From positions 32,001 to 96,000 of the IMG/VR virus record IMGVR_UViG_3300045988_174371: a stretch of DNA of 64,000 nt. One strand, 5' to 3'. The notes under the pieces are model-generated. The model was not told the origin of the DNA, did no database searches, and worked only from the letters and a program-made list of their open reading frames with translations. Each line of letters opens with the position of its first letter. The first letter of the stretch is position 1. This document shows positions 23,627 to 32,155 of this stretch, in pieces. The translations under genes and the position numbers were made by a program. Origin of the DNA: a virus.

Positions 23627-24007
23627 ATGCAGGCAGTCCCGTTCATTAACTTCATGGAGAACTTCACCTTCCACGCTGAGGCTATCAGCTCCGGCATCTT
23701 CACCGCCGAGCAGGTTGCCCAGGAAATTAAGGCGAAGGCAACCTACCTGAGCACCGCCGTCACTGACGAAGGCGTTAAGACTTTCTACTTCACCGAGCGC
23801 AACGGCACCCCGGTAATGCTGGAAGAAGGTCTTGAGCTTCGCGAGGCTGTGGCAAACTTCTTCCGTGACGATGACCGCAAGGAAAACGCCTTCAACTTCA
23901 TGGAAAGTGAGGACTTGGTAGGTCGCATTGAGTCGATTGAAATTCACGGTGGCAACAACCTCCGCATCAACATTCAGCACTGCTTCCTGAACGACGGTTC
24001 CCTCTAA
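23627..24007 (+). CDS. hypothetical acidic protein (126 aa)
   Basis: CCGAAAGGTT SD; its leader shares GAGCTACAGTAAA..ACCGAAAGGTT..CAATCATG with the leader of 12738..13046. Confidence 0.8.
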   Translation: MQAVPFINFMENFTFHAEAISSGIFTAEQVAQEIKAKATYLSTAVTDEGVKTFYFTERNGTPVMLEEGLELREAVANFFRDDDRKENAFNFMESEDLVGRIESIEIHGGNNLRINIQHCFLNDGSL

Positions 24008-24014
24008 ACCGTGC

Positions 24015-24050
24015 AAGAGCCCCTAGCCAGACAAACGGCTAGGGGCTCTT
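24015..24050 (+). terminator. hairpin terminator
   Basis: AAGAGCCCCTAGCC ... GGCTAGGGGCTCTT then TTTGG. Confidence 0.75.
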
Positions 24051-24099
24051 TGGTTGCCCCATAGAATGCAAGACAGCCCTTCCCACGCCATTCCTAAAT

Positions 24100-24141
24100 A
24101 AACCCCCTCAAGATGCCCGCATGGAGCTTCTGAGGGGGTTT
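24100..24141. terminator. hairpin terminator
   Basis: AAACCCCCTCA ... TGAGGGGGTTT downstream of 24264 stop. Confidence 0.6.
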
Positions 24142-24263
24142 GCCCCATCGCTCTCACCCAAAAGGCGCATACGTGAAGACCATGCAGGCGTTAGGGGTAG
24201 TACCCAATGAGGAAACCTTGCCGCCTACCTTCCGGTGAACAGCAACACCCTATTCACTATTTG

Positions 24264-25115
24264 CTATCGCCTAAAGGTTACCATCGCTGGTTCCCATTCG
24301 CCGCCTGGCTTCACTGACTCGATAATGTAGCTGTACCCGGTGAGGTCTTGACTCATCGGTTTAGCCGCGCTTAGGACAATGAACGGGGCGGGCACCCTGC
24401 GGTTGATGCCGGTGACGCTGGTTACGACGGCAACATCCTTTGCAATGAAAGTTACCTGAGCCCTCCCCCTCCCAGACAAGTATTCTGCTGGGTTTCTATC
24501 CCTCAGATGATAGTATTGCGATTCGCGGTAAAGGAACGAATCGAATGCCCAACCGTCGCCCTTGCTGAAGTCTACATACATGGGGATGGTGGACTCGTTG
24601 AGGGTGGGTGCATTAGTGTTGTCGAGGGAATTGACATGCCATGTTAGGGCGTGTGACATTTCCTCAATGTCCCCATCAGACCCATCTGGGTTGTGGGGGC
24701 GGTTTGAGCCAGAAAATGATGCGGTTTTAAAACCTGACTTACCGAGAATGGTGCTGTGGTCCCACCAGCGAACAAGTTTTCCACCCCATTCCGCTACGTC
24801 GTATTTGGTGTTTAGTAGAATAGTGAGGGAGTTCGCCCCGAAGGTTTCAGGGAACACTACACCGCGAGGGTCGTGAACATAGATGCACCTGTCCCTATCA
24901 TAAAACTCTCTGGGGGTGTCGCCACCGAAATACTTCGCGGCATCTCGGTCGGTCGCATATCGCGCCTTACCCGTGTCGATGATGGACTGAATCTGGTGCT
25001 TCCTGTATCCGCGTTTAATCTCGTAGAAACCGTCACGGGCGGCACTTGCGCGTAACTGCTGATTCTCTTCACCCACACCTACAAGGGATAGGGCGGCGCA
25101 CCTCCTCTTGAACAC
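24264..25115 (-). CDS. SHN-YGW family paralog, distal part of a frame-split gene (283 aa)
   Basis: contains the second-type core (IYVHDPRGVVFPETFGANSLTILLN...RWWDHSTILG) and the C-terminal MYVDFSKGDGWAF...TGYSY domain; its N-terminus (VGVGEENQQLRASAAR) continues the homology interrupted in 25069..25752. Confidence 0.7.
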   Translation of the reverse strand: MFKRRCAALSLVGVGEENQQLRASAARDGFYEIKRGYRKHQIQSIIDTGKARYATDRDAAKYFGGDTPREFYDRDRCIYVHDPRGVVFPETFGANSLTILLNTKYDVAEWGGKLVRWWDHSTILGKSGFKTASFSGSNRPHNPDGSDGDIEEMSHALTWHVNSLDNTNAPTLNESTIPMYVDFSKGDGWAFDSFLYRESQYYHLRDRNPAEYLSGRGRAQVTFIAKDVAVVTSVTGINRRVPAPFIVLSAAKPMSQDLTGYSYIIESVKPGGEWEPAMVTFRR

Positions 25116-25752
25116 TCTTATCCACCATTATGTCCTTGTCAATGGTGTTTGCGTAAGCTGGAACCCACCCACCGTATGCTACAGCTTTCTCGCCACCATT
25201 CGTCCAGCCGAACATATTGTTGTGGGAGCTTCTGCTAACGAACTTGTGGGAGTGCTCCTTCGCGTCAATCTTTGGCGACAGAATGTATTCACGCGACTTA
25301 GCGCCACACATATCGCTCAAGCTCCCCTTCGGGCGCTGTTTATGCGGGTCTGAAACCACCGCAAAATGCGGGTAGTCGTAATCATAGAAGTGTGTGATGT
25401 GATTGCCTTGCAGTAGATAATCCTTGAGCCACAGGTTGTATGCGGCAAGGTCATCCATCTTGTCCCAGTCACGCTTCTTAGGGTTCCGGCGCATACGCTC
25501 CATCTGCTTCTCGCTGAGAGGGTTGATACGCTGAGATTCAATCAGATGCTCAGTAATGAATCTGCTAGTAGTGACGTTAGCTTCCTTGCGGCGCACTTCC
25601 TTCTTCATGTCAGACGCATGGGCAACAGAGCTATCATCCAGGGCGACGTTTCCACAGAAGCTAGTGGACGCTTGGCGTGCTTCGGCTTCTACAGCAAGAG
25701 TCTCGCCAAAACTGAAGTTCCGCCACGCGGATTTGAAAGCATATCGCGGCAC
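25069..25752 (-). CDS. SHN-YGW family paralog, proximal part of a frame-split gene (227 aa, GTG start)
   Basis: AAGGAG SD 7 nt before GTG; YNLWLKDYLLQGNHITHFYDYDYP...FVSRSSHNNMFGWTNGG...NTIDKDIMVDKSV matches the N-domain of 42827.. and 45630.. Confidence 0.75.
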   Translation of the reverse strand: MPRYAFKSAWRNFSFGETLAVEAEARQASTSFCGNVALDDSSVAHASDMKKEVRRKEANVTTSRFITEHLIESQRINPLSEKQMERMRRNPKKRDWDKMDDLAAYNLWLKDYLLQGNHITHFYDYDYPHFAVVSDPHKQRPKGSLSDMCGAKSREYILSPKIDAKEHSHKFVSRSSHNNMFGWTNGGEKAVAYGGWVPAYANTIDKDIMVDKSVQEEVRRPIPCRCG

Positions 25753-25847
25753 GTTAATTCTCCTTTATAGTCAATAAGTGATGGGCTTTGCACAGGTTAG
25801 GCGATAGTCGCCTACTACCACCTAACCTGATGTCTAGCGTCAGCGTG

Positions 25848-26321
25848 CTACCATTGCTCTACTTGGCGCGCCAACAAAACCCTCAGTCTGTTACTGACAC
25901 CCCAAGGGATGTTATGGTCAGTCAGCATGTCTTTATCGGCGGTATTCGTGTATACACATACGCCGTCAGGACTATGGTGAACTGGTTTCTGCCCGTTATG
26001 AGTCCACCCGTAGAGGGAGGCGTGAGAATAGCGCGACACAAACCTATGGTCGTAGCCATTAACGTCAAATTCGGGGCTAAGGATGTAGATGGGAGCGTTG
26101 CCACCCCATAGACTGTCAGGGTCACTGGGTGCCTGTGTGTCAGGGTTATCTACAGGGATGACTTTGCTGGCAGGGAGGTTAGTGTCGTAGTACTGGTGAA
26201 TTTCTCCGCCTTTGAGCAGGTAATCTTTAAGCCAGATGTTGTAGGCGGTGAGTCCATCCAGTTTTCCCCATTCACCCCATAGGTAGCTATTCGAAGCTGT
26301 GGTGAGCTCTTGCTTGGTCAA
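25848..26321 (-). CDS. SHN-YGW family paralog, N-domain only (157 aa, TTG start)
   Basis: AAGGAGG SD 8 nt before TTG; AYNIWLKDYLLKGG...FVSRYSHASLYGWTHNG. Confidence 0.75.
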   Translation of the reverse strand: MTKQELTTASNSYLWGEWGKLDGLTAYNIWLKDYLLKGGEIHQYYDTNLPASKVIPVDNPDTQAPSDPDSLWGGNAPIYILSPEFDVNGYDHRFVSRYSHASLYGWTHNGQKPVHHSPDGVCVYTNTADKDMLTDHNIPWGVSNRLRVLLARQVEQW

Positions 26322-26344
26322 TGTTCACTCCTCCTTTTGGGGAT

Positions 26345-27295
26345 TTATGCCTGGAAGGTGAAGGTCGCGGGCTTGCCGCTACCGGCTTCTTCGGCATGTG
26401 CAATGGTGAAGGTCTTGCCTGCCATAGTGAATGCGGGCGGGTTTGCGAGGGTGAGGCAGGTAAGCGGAACCTTCGGGGTTTTGCCTGCGATGGTGGTTAC
26501 TACGGCGAAGGTGTCGCTAATGAAGGTTGCTTTAACCTTCTGGTACTTTGAGCCCTGAGCCTGTTTCACTGCATTTGAAAGGTAATGCGTCGGGTTCTTC
26601 TGGTGCTCTTCAATGATGCGGGCTGATACCGGGTCGAGTTCCTTAGTGAAGGTGCTGATGGTGTAAATGTCGCCAAGGCTGAAATCCACGAACGCCTGGA
26701 TGGTGAATGGTTCTGCGTTAGGGGTGGTCTTTCCAGCGTTGGTGTGCGCATACCAGCGGCAGGCAGTCATGTATTCCTCGGATTTATGCTGGTCGCTGGA
26801 GTGAGGGCGGTCGGAACCATCAATCACAACAGGTGAGCCGTTATTCCAGCCATAGAGTGTATTGTGGCTCCAGTAGCGCAGAACTTCGCCGTAGTGTTCC
26901 TCGGTGTCATACTCGGGGTCGAGGATGATGTTGATGGAGTGTGCGCCGTACAGTTCAGGGATGCGAATATCTGCGGGGTTATCAACGTAGATTACTCGGT
27001 CGTAGCTGGAGCGTCGCTTATCCTTATAGAGAGGGTGAGTATGCTCTGCTTCATCGTTGGAGATGAAACGTACCTTGTCGGTGTTCATCGCAATGTTAAG
27101 AAGGTTCTTTCGGTAGTCAGAAAGGATTTCTCCCAGTAGGCGACCAATCTCGCGGATGCGGTCTTCCTCGGTGGAGCCCTGTAGCTCCTGATATGCCTCA
27201 CGGATGATGGAAGCTACAGTGTAGGGGTCTTTGCAGGACTCAAGGGCGCGTTCAAGGTGGTAGATATCCAAGGTATTAGCCTTTCTATTGCTCAT
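26345..27295 (-). CDS. SHN-YGW family paralog (316 aa; track ORF trimmed)
   Basis: the track ATG at 27343 lies inside the promoter -10, so the next ATG (MSNRKANT..) is used; VIYVDNPADIRIPELYGAHSINIILD...RYWSHNTLYGW plus a C-terminal domain. Confidence 0.7.
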   Translation of the reverse strand: MSNRKANTLDIYHLERALESCKDPYTVASIIREAYQELQGSTEEDRIREIGRLLGEILSDYRKNLLNIAMNTDKVRFISNDEAEHTHPLYKDKRRSSYDRVIYVDNPADIRIPELYGAHSINIILDPEYDTEEHYGEVLRYWSHNTLYGWNNGSPVVIDGSDRPHSSDQHKSEEYMTACRWYAHTNAGKTTPNAEPFTIQAFVDFSLGDIYTISTFTKELDPVSARIIEEHQKNPTHYLSNAVKQAQGSKYQKVKATFISDTFAVVTTIAGKTPKVPLTCLTLANPPAFTMAGKTFTIAHAEEAGSGKPATFTFQA

Positions 27296-27343
27296 TGCTA
27301 GTGGTTGCGGGGCGTTTATACCCCTTTTTTCGCTTATATGCAT

Positions 27344-27373
27344 AGTTTACCACAGATTTTAGAATATGTGCAG
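27344..27373 (-). promoter_or_regulatory. family promoter
   Basis: minus reading CTGCAC-N13-TGTGGTAAACT. Confidence 0.65.
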
Positions 27374-27541
27374 TTGCGTGTTGCGGCTTAGGAACATGCC
27401 CTGTTACAAAATAAGGTTATCACTAAGCGCCCAGCCACCCTTTTGTTTTCAAAGAAGAAGACCTCACCAAGCTTCCCAAGGGCTTAGTAAGGTCTTCTAG
27501 GTCTTGCTAGTTAGTCGCTCCTCCTGCGTTGCGGGCAAAGC

Positions 27542-27568
27542 GGGGTTTCAGGAGCACTCCTGAAACCC
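27542..27568 (-). terminator. hairpin terminator
   Basis: GGGGTTTCAGGA-gca-CTCCTGAAACCC abutting the stop codon. Confidence 0.6.
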
Positions 27569-27984
27569 TATTCTGTCACCACCGGAACCGCCTTCTCTGC
27601 GCTACCTACGGGTACATGGATAATCGTTTCCGCCTTCACAAACTTCACGGTAACGTTCCTGGTACAAGAGCCATACAGGGTAACATCTGCTTTTTCGTAC
27701 CTTAGTGGGTCGATGCATTCTTTGTGTCCGGCAGCGATTTCCTCAGGATTGAGCGCGTACTCGTACTTACGTTCGACGCGAGCCTCCGTATCAGTAGCGG
27801 GCAAGTCGTCCTTCACAACCACTTCCATTGGCGCATCTAGCGACCCTTTATACACCTTTCGAGCGGCAAGAGTGCCATCAGAGCGCTTCTCAACCCACCT
27901 ATAAGTGGTGCCTTCAGGATTGACTCTCAGATTTGAGATGGGGTAGGTGTGTTTCGCCTTCCATTTTACGGTTGTCGGCATCAA
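27568..27984 (-). CDS. C-terminal (extracytoplasmic-domain) half of a frame-split TM-domain family paralog (138 aa)
   Basis: HTYPISNLRVNPEGTTYRWVEKRSDGTL...DLPATDTEARVE...IIHVPVGS aligns with residues ~165-291 of 30028..30903. Confidence 0.65.
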   Translation of the reverse strand: MMPTTVKWKAKHTYPISNLRVNPEGTTYRWVEKRSDGTLAARKVYKGSLDAPMEVVVKDDLPATDTEARVERKYEYALNPEEIAAGHKECIDPLRYEKADVTLYGSCTRNVTVKFVKAETIIHVPVGSAEKAVPVVTE

Positions 27985-28453
27985 CGTAGTGCGTCACAGG
28001 CTGAGTGAACTTCGCATCCTCAGCCTTTGCGCCATTGACCATTGAGGTAGCCATCCCTACAAGAAGTAGGGAGAGTAGGTAGATAAGCCCGGTCAGGTAC
28101 ACATCTTCAGCCTTTATACCCTCCTTGTACTCTTCCACTGCTCCCCCTTGGTTGAAGGAGCTGATGGCGGCGACAAGGGTTATGATAGCCGCAATGATGA
28201 CGTGAGCTATAAGCCAGCGTGCGTCAAAGAATAAGACGAGCACACATGACACTGCTACGTGGGCGGCAACGAATAGGCGCGCCCACCGCCGCATAAACGA
28301 GTTCACGGCATAAGTTGTCCTGCTTACCTGCCGGTCTTTAGTGATGATGGCAGTGACCACTATAAGCGGGATGAGGATATAGGCGGCAATGCTCACAACG
28401 GTGGCTATAAGCCATGCTGTATTGGTGTCCATAAAGGGTTGTTGTCCTCTCAT
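27914..28453 (-). CDS. N-terminal (multi-TM) half of a frame-split TM-domain family paralog (179 aa)
   Basis: 4 TM then KFTQPVTHYVDADNRKMEGE aligning with KFTQSVSYYLDADNHKLEGD of 30028..30903; the frame is lost near 27950. Confidence 0.65.
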   Translation of the reverse strand: MRGQQPFMDTNTAWLIATVVSIAAYILIPLIVVTAIITKDRQVSRTTYAVNSFMRRWARLFVAAHVAVSCVLVLFFDARWLIAHVIIAAIITLVAAISSFNQGGAVEEYKEGIKAEDVYLTGLIYLLSLLLVGMATSMVNGAKAEDAKFTQPVTHYVDADNRKMEGETHLPHLKSESQS

Positions 28454-28576
28454 GTATAGTCAGGTGGGTCAAGGTTTAGCTCCTGGCGATAGTCCTCCAG
28501 GTAACTAACGCCAGCCTTCTCGGTCTTGACACCGCCGCCACCCCATAGAGCTTTGGCAGTGCCCCCTCGCTGGCGG
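28454..28576 (-). ncRNA. structured leader carrying RNA element copy B
   Basis: GGUGGCGGCGGUGUCAAGACCGAGAAGGCUGGCG...CGCCAGGAGCUAAACCUUGACCCACC (28463..28542), ending 10 nt before the ATG at 28453. Confidence 0.55.
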
Positions 28577-29341
28577 TTAGCGATTGAGCTTGTTGTCTAT
28601 TTCAGTGGCAATTACGTCCCTGATGATTTCGTCTATAGTGTGTCGCTCCTGGTGGTCTGCCCAGGTGGTTGCCTCAATGGTGGCGTGGGTGGGGAGTCTG
28701 TCGATGAGGTGCGCGAGCTTCGCTGAGGTTTCCTTAATCTCGTTGTAGAGTTCTTCGAGTGCTTCGCCGGTCAGCCATTCCTTTTGGGTTACAGGCGGCG
28801 TAGCGCTAGTGGGCGGGGTAGTGAGAAGGTTTAACACTTCTCGTACTGCTTCCACTGCGGGCTCGGTGGTTGCCAGGGCGTTCTCCAGGTGTGAGGTGAA
28901 GGTGCGGAGGTTGATGTTTGCCACTGCTTCACGGTAGGACTCATGCTTGTACTGCTCGGCTTCGGCGTATTCCATAATTGGCGCAATGTAGGGGCTGTTT
29001 CGCAAGGTAGCCGGAAGGCTGTGGCGACTGTAGCTTGTGTCATGGTCGTGCAGTAGCGTGTAGTATGCCAGGGCATGTAGCTTCTGGGTAAGTACAGTGT
29101 CTTGAGTGGGGATGTTCGTTTCGGGCATGAACGTGTAACCTGCGTGTTCGTAGCCGCCTACGTAGTCGTCGCTCCTATGCCAACCGGCAAGGTTTTCGGT
29201 GGGTACGTAGTATCCGTGCCCGTTGCGGTCAAGGTGTAGGGTGGCACCTAGCACGTTGAACCAGGTTGCGCCGGTTTCCTTGTCGTGGTGTTGGGCTACG
29301 AGGGTGTTTACGTATTCTTCTAGGGTGATTTCTGTGGACAT
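28577..29341 (-). CDS. hypothetical protein (254 aa; track ORF trimmed)
   Basis: AGAGGAA SD before the ATG at 29341 (MSTEITLEE..). Confidence 0.7.
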   Translation of the reverse strand: MSTEITLEEYVNTLVAQHHDKETGATWFNVLGATLHLDRNGHGYYVPTENLAGWHRSDDYVGGYEHAGYTFMPETNIPTQDTVLTQKLHALAYYTLLHDHDTSYSRHSLPATLRNSPYIAPIMEYAEAEQYKHESYREAVANINLRTFTSHLENALATTEPAVEAVREVLNLLTTPPTSATPPVTQKEWLTGEALEELYNEIKETSAKLAHLIDRLPTHATIEATTWADHQERHTIDEIIRDVIATEIDNKLNR

Positions 29342-29444
29342 TATTTCCTCTAGTTCTTTCGTTGGCTTGTGATACCCCTGCATAATCATGGTTCGGTTAA
29401 TGCAGGGGTATCCAGTGTGGCACTGCTGGAGTGCCTTGTGATGG

Positions 29445-29867
29445 CTATGCGGGGTGGGTGAGGGGTACGTAGAAGGTAATATCCTCCTTGGTTAGCCTAT
29501 ACCGCCCCAGTAGCTTATTTTCCATCTCTACTGCTTCGCGTTCGTACAGGTGGCGAGAGTTGGGTGTCCATGAGCGTTCGGTGTCCTTGATGTAGATGTC
29601 TCCGCCGAAAGACATGTCTAGCTTCACTACGTCGCTTTCTGGGTGTAGAGGGGTGTCTGCGATGCCTAGCGAAAGTTCGTAACCTTCACTGGGGAGTAGC
29701 GCTGACATGTTGCAACGTGTGCGCCAACCCAGGAAGAGTTTGCCTCCGGCGGCGTGGTATTCCTGTACTGCTTCGTAGATGTTGTCTGCCTTGGTTCCAG
29801 CCCACCAGAGCTTTGTAGATTCTTCGGCGGTTAGGGTGTAGGTGTAATCTTGAGTGTTGGTCGTCAT
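29445..29867 (-). CDS. hypothetical protein, GGKL-family paralog of 10629..11051 (140 aa)
   Basis: TGAAAGGTT SD; promoter 29936..29965. Confidence 0.8.
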   Translation of the reverse strand: MTTNTQDYTYTLTAEESTKLWWAGTKADNIYEAVQEYHAAGGKLFLGWRTRCNMSALLPSEGYELSLGIADTPLHPESDVVKLDMSFGGDIYIKDTERSWTPNSRHLYEREAVEMENKLLGRYRLTKEDITFYVPLTHPA

Positions 29868-29935
29868 TTGTAGGGGAACCTTTCAGTAGGTAGCGTTGTT
29901 GATGGTGGGCGGGTAGCCCGTTCAGTAATACCCAT

Positions 29936-29965
29936 AGTGTATCACATAATTTAGCTTGGGTACAG
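29936..29965 (-). promoter_or_regulatory. family promoter
   Basis: minus reading TGTGATACACT core. Confidence 0.6.
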
Positions 29966-30016
29966 CAACAAGCACGCTGGGGTAGAGAAGTTCCCCTCCC
30001 CCAGCGTGCTTGTTGC
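29965..30016 (-). terminator. hairpin terminator
   Basis: 18-bp arms GCAACAAGCACGCTGGGG/CCCCAGCGTGCTTGTTGC. Confidence 0.75.
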
Positions 30017-30027
30017 ATACTTGATAA

Positions 30028-30903
30028 CTAATCCACTACGGACAGCATCCTACCGGCGCTACCCTGCGGAATATGAATAACCGCCTCAGCTTTCACGAAC
30101 TTTACGGTACTCGCGCCATCCTTGCATACGGGGTAGATGCCTGCGTCTTCGTCCACAATGCGCGAGGCAACACACGCCTCCTTACCCTCAGCAATTTCTT
30201 CAGGGATAGGCACATACTCATACCTGCGTTCGACGCGCGCCTCCGTATCAGTAGCGGGCAAGTCGTCCTTCACAACTACCTCCCAGTGCCCATCAGTAAC
30301 GTGCCTGAAAGCTTTGCGGGTAGTTAGCGTACCGTCCTCACGCTTCTCAATCCAGGTGTAAGTGTCGCCCTCATCATTAACTGCAATATTTGAGATGGGG
30401 TAGGTATGCGAATCGCCCTCTAGCTTATGATTGTCAGCGTCCAAGTAGTAGCTGACCGACTGGGTGAATTTCGTATCCCTTGCGGCTTCCTTCGCCTTCT
30501 CCTGACCATACAAGACAGAAGCTTCCGCGAAGAACATTAGCGCTCCGAAGAAGATAAGCCCAACAAACAGAGTATCAAAGAAAGTTCCTGACGTGCCCTC
30601 CGACTCTGTGCGCCTAGCCCAAACGAGAAAAGCGGCAAAGAGTGCAATTAAAGTCGCCCCCAGAACATGCAATCCAAGCCACATAGTGCCAGTCGCGATT
30701 GCTAGAACAAAGAATCCCAACATAGATAGGCAAGGAATTAGCACGCTCCACAGTTCGCGGAATGTAGACATGCGACGATGGGCGCGTTCTGAAATCTTCG
30801 CGCGGAAGACCTTGCCTGCCAAGAATACTGCCAGTAGGGGCAATAGGTATATACCAAGGAAAATGAGTGTAAGAATCGGTTCCCAGGTTTCTCTAATCTG
30901 CAT
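30028..30903 (-). CDS. TM-domain family paralog, intact (291 aa)
   Basis: AGGAG SD; 4 TM plus a C-terminal domain (YTWIEKREDGTL...DLPATDTEARVE...C...C...VIHIPQGS). Confidence 0.8.
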   Translation of the reverse strand: MQIRETWEPILTLIFLGIYLLPLLAVFLAGKVFRAKISERAHRRMSTFRELWSVLIPCLSMLGFFVLAIATGTMWLGLHVLGATLIALFAAFLVWARRTESEGTSGTFFDTLFVGLIFFGALMFFAEASVLYGQEKAKEAARDTKFTQSVSYYLDADNHKLEGDSHTYPISNIAVNDEGDTYTWIEKREDGTLTTRKAFRHVTDGHWEVVVKDDLPATDTEARVERRYEYVPIPEEIAEGKEACVASRIVDEDAGIYPVCKDGASTVKFVKAEAVIHIPQGSAGRMLSVVD

Positions 30904-30924
30904 GGTGGGTAAACTCCTGAGGGG

Positions 30925-31326
30925 TTAGTTGATGGGGGTGAAGCTGAGCCAAGCGGCATAGAGCGCAAGAAAAGCTAACATGAACATAATTTGATTCAGG
31001 TTGCGCAGAACGGTTTGGTGCGCACCTTGAGCAGTCAGGGAAAGCTCATTCATGCTCGTGGTCGAACCTGAAATTACCATGAGCACAAAGCATGAGCCGC
31101 GAAGGTTGTCGGCGGCAACACCTTCCCACAGTAGAGTACTGAGTAAGAGTATGAACAGGACGAACGCTGTCACTGCCCATTGCAGGTAGAGGTTGCGGGT
31201 AGCTCGCCGGTCAATCTCGCTATCGGTAGCGCTCTTAAGCTCTTTGTTTGCCTTGAGTCGGAAGAAGTACCAGTATGCGAGTGTGTATGCGGCTAGTGAT
31301 GCCGCTGAGAAGAGTTCAGGTTTCAA
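30925..31326 (-). CDS. membrane protein (133 aa, TTG start; track ORF trimmed)
   Basis: CGAAAGGG SD 7 nt before the TTG at 31326; the longer track ORF overlaps 31400..31747. Confidence 0.5.
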   Translation of the reverse strand: MKPELFSAASLAAYTLAYWYFFRLKANKELKSATDSEIDRRATRNLYLQWAVTAFVLFILLLSTLLWEGVAADNLRGSCFVLMVISGSTTSMNELSLTAQGAHQTVLRNLNQIMFMLAFLALYAAWLSFTPIN

Positions 31327-31399
31327 GAGTATCCCTTTCGTTGATGTGGGCGCACCCAGCTTACCTTCTTGGGTTTGCTGGGTGCATACTACGGTTGCT

Positions 31400-31747
31400 C
31401 TATGCGGAATAGTTGTTGAGGGCGGTCTGGTGCTTGTTTGCAATGGAGATGTAGAGGCTAGTAAGCTCATTGATTCGGTTCTTGCGAACCTCTTCCATTG
31501 CTTCCATGCCTTCGCGCCTAGCAATGTAGAGGTCTGCGTCACGCATCATCTCGTAGTCGCCTACGGTCAGGTACAGCTCATGTGCCTTAGGGGTTAGTTC
31601 CTTTAGTGCTTCATGCAGGTACCCGTGCTTGTTGGGCATGTTTTCGACGGCTTCGGTCAGTTCCTCGTGAAGTGCCTTTGCGTACTTGCGAACCTTGCGG
31701 AGGGAGCCAAGGTAGGTCTTGGTGTGGAAGTTTACAGATGCGCTCAT
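31400..31747 (-). CDS. hypothetical helical protein (115 aa; track ORF trimmed)
   Basis: CCGAAAGG SD before the ATG at 31747. Confidence 0.75.
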   Translation of the reverse strand: MSASVNFHTKTYLGSLRKVRKYAKALHEELTEAVENMPNKHGYLHEALKELTPKAHELYLTVGDYEMMRDADLYIARREGMEAMEEVRKNRINELTSLYISIANKHQTALNNYSA

Positions 31748-31813
31748 GACTTGAAGCCTTTCGGTTGAGATGTGCGGTTCGGTATTCCGAGGGGTTCCCC
31801 TCACTACATAAAT

Positions 31814-31843
31814 AGTGTATCACATAAATAACCTTGTGTGCAA
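31814..31843 (-). promoter_or_regulatory. family promoter (consensus copy)
   Basis: minus reading TTGCAC-N13-TGTGATACACT. Confidence 0.7.
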
Positions 31844-32071
31844 CGCGGGTATGTTGCATTGCCGCTCAGAACGCTTTCGAGTCCCGAGCTGTATCATGGT
31901 CGGGATGGTCTGCTTACCTGTATTGAACAGTACTACATCCAAGCTCCCCGGTAGTGGCAAGCTTCAGTGAACACCCGTCACCGTAACGCTACTGACACTA
32001 TCTCTTGCGCCCGCATTCTTTGGCGTGCTGTGTGATGCCATCACCCACTTCGCCACATGGGGAAAGGAAAA

Positions 32072-32119
32072 TAAAAGCCGCCCCATCTACCGTATTGAAA
32101 AGGTAGATGGGGCGGCTTT
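32072..32119. terminator. bidirectional terminator
   Basis: 19-bp arms AAAAGCCGCCCCATCTACC/GGTAGATGGGGCGGCTTTT. Confidence 0.8.
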
Positions 32120-32155
32120 TACGTATTAGGGGTAGCTCGCCGGGGTTATATTGCG

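Noticed and set aside
31860-32070. A ~210-nt ORF-free gap between the BI-1 terminator and the next promoter, considered as a hidden gene or sRNA
   Set aside because: It contains only short ORFs without SDs, no family promoter and no strong conserved structure. It stays unassigned.
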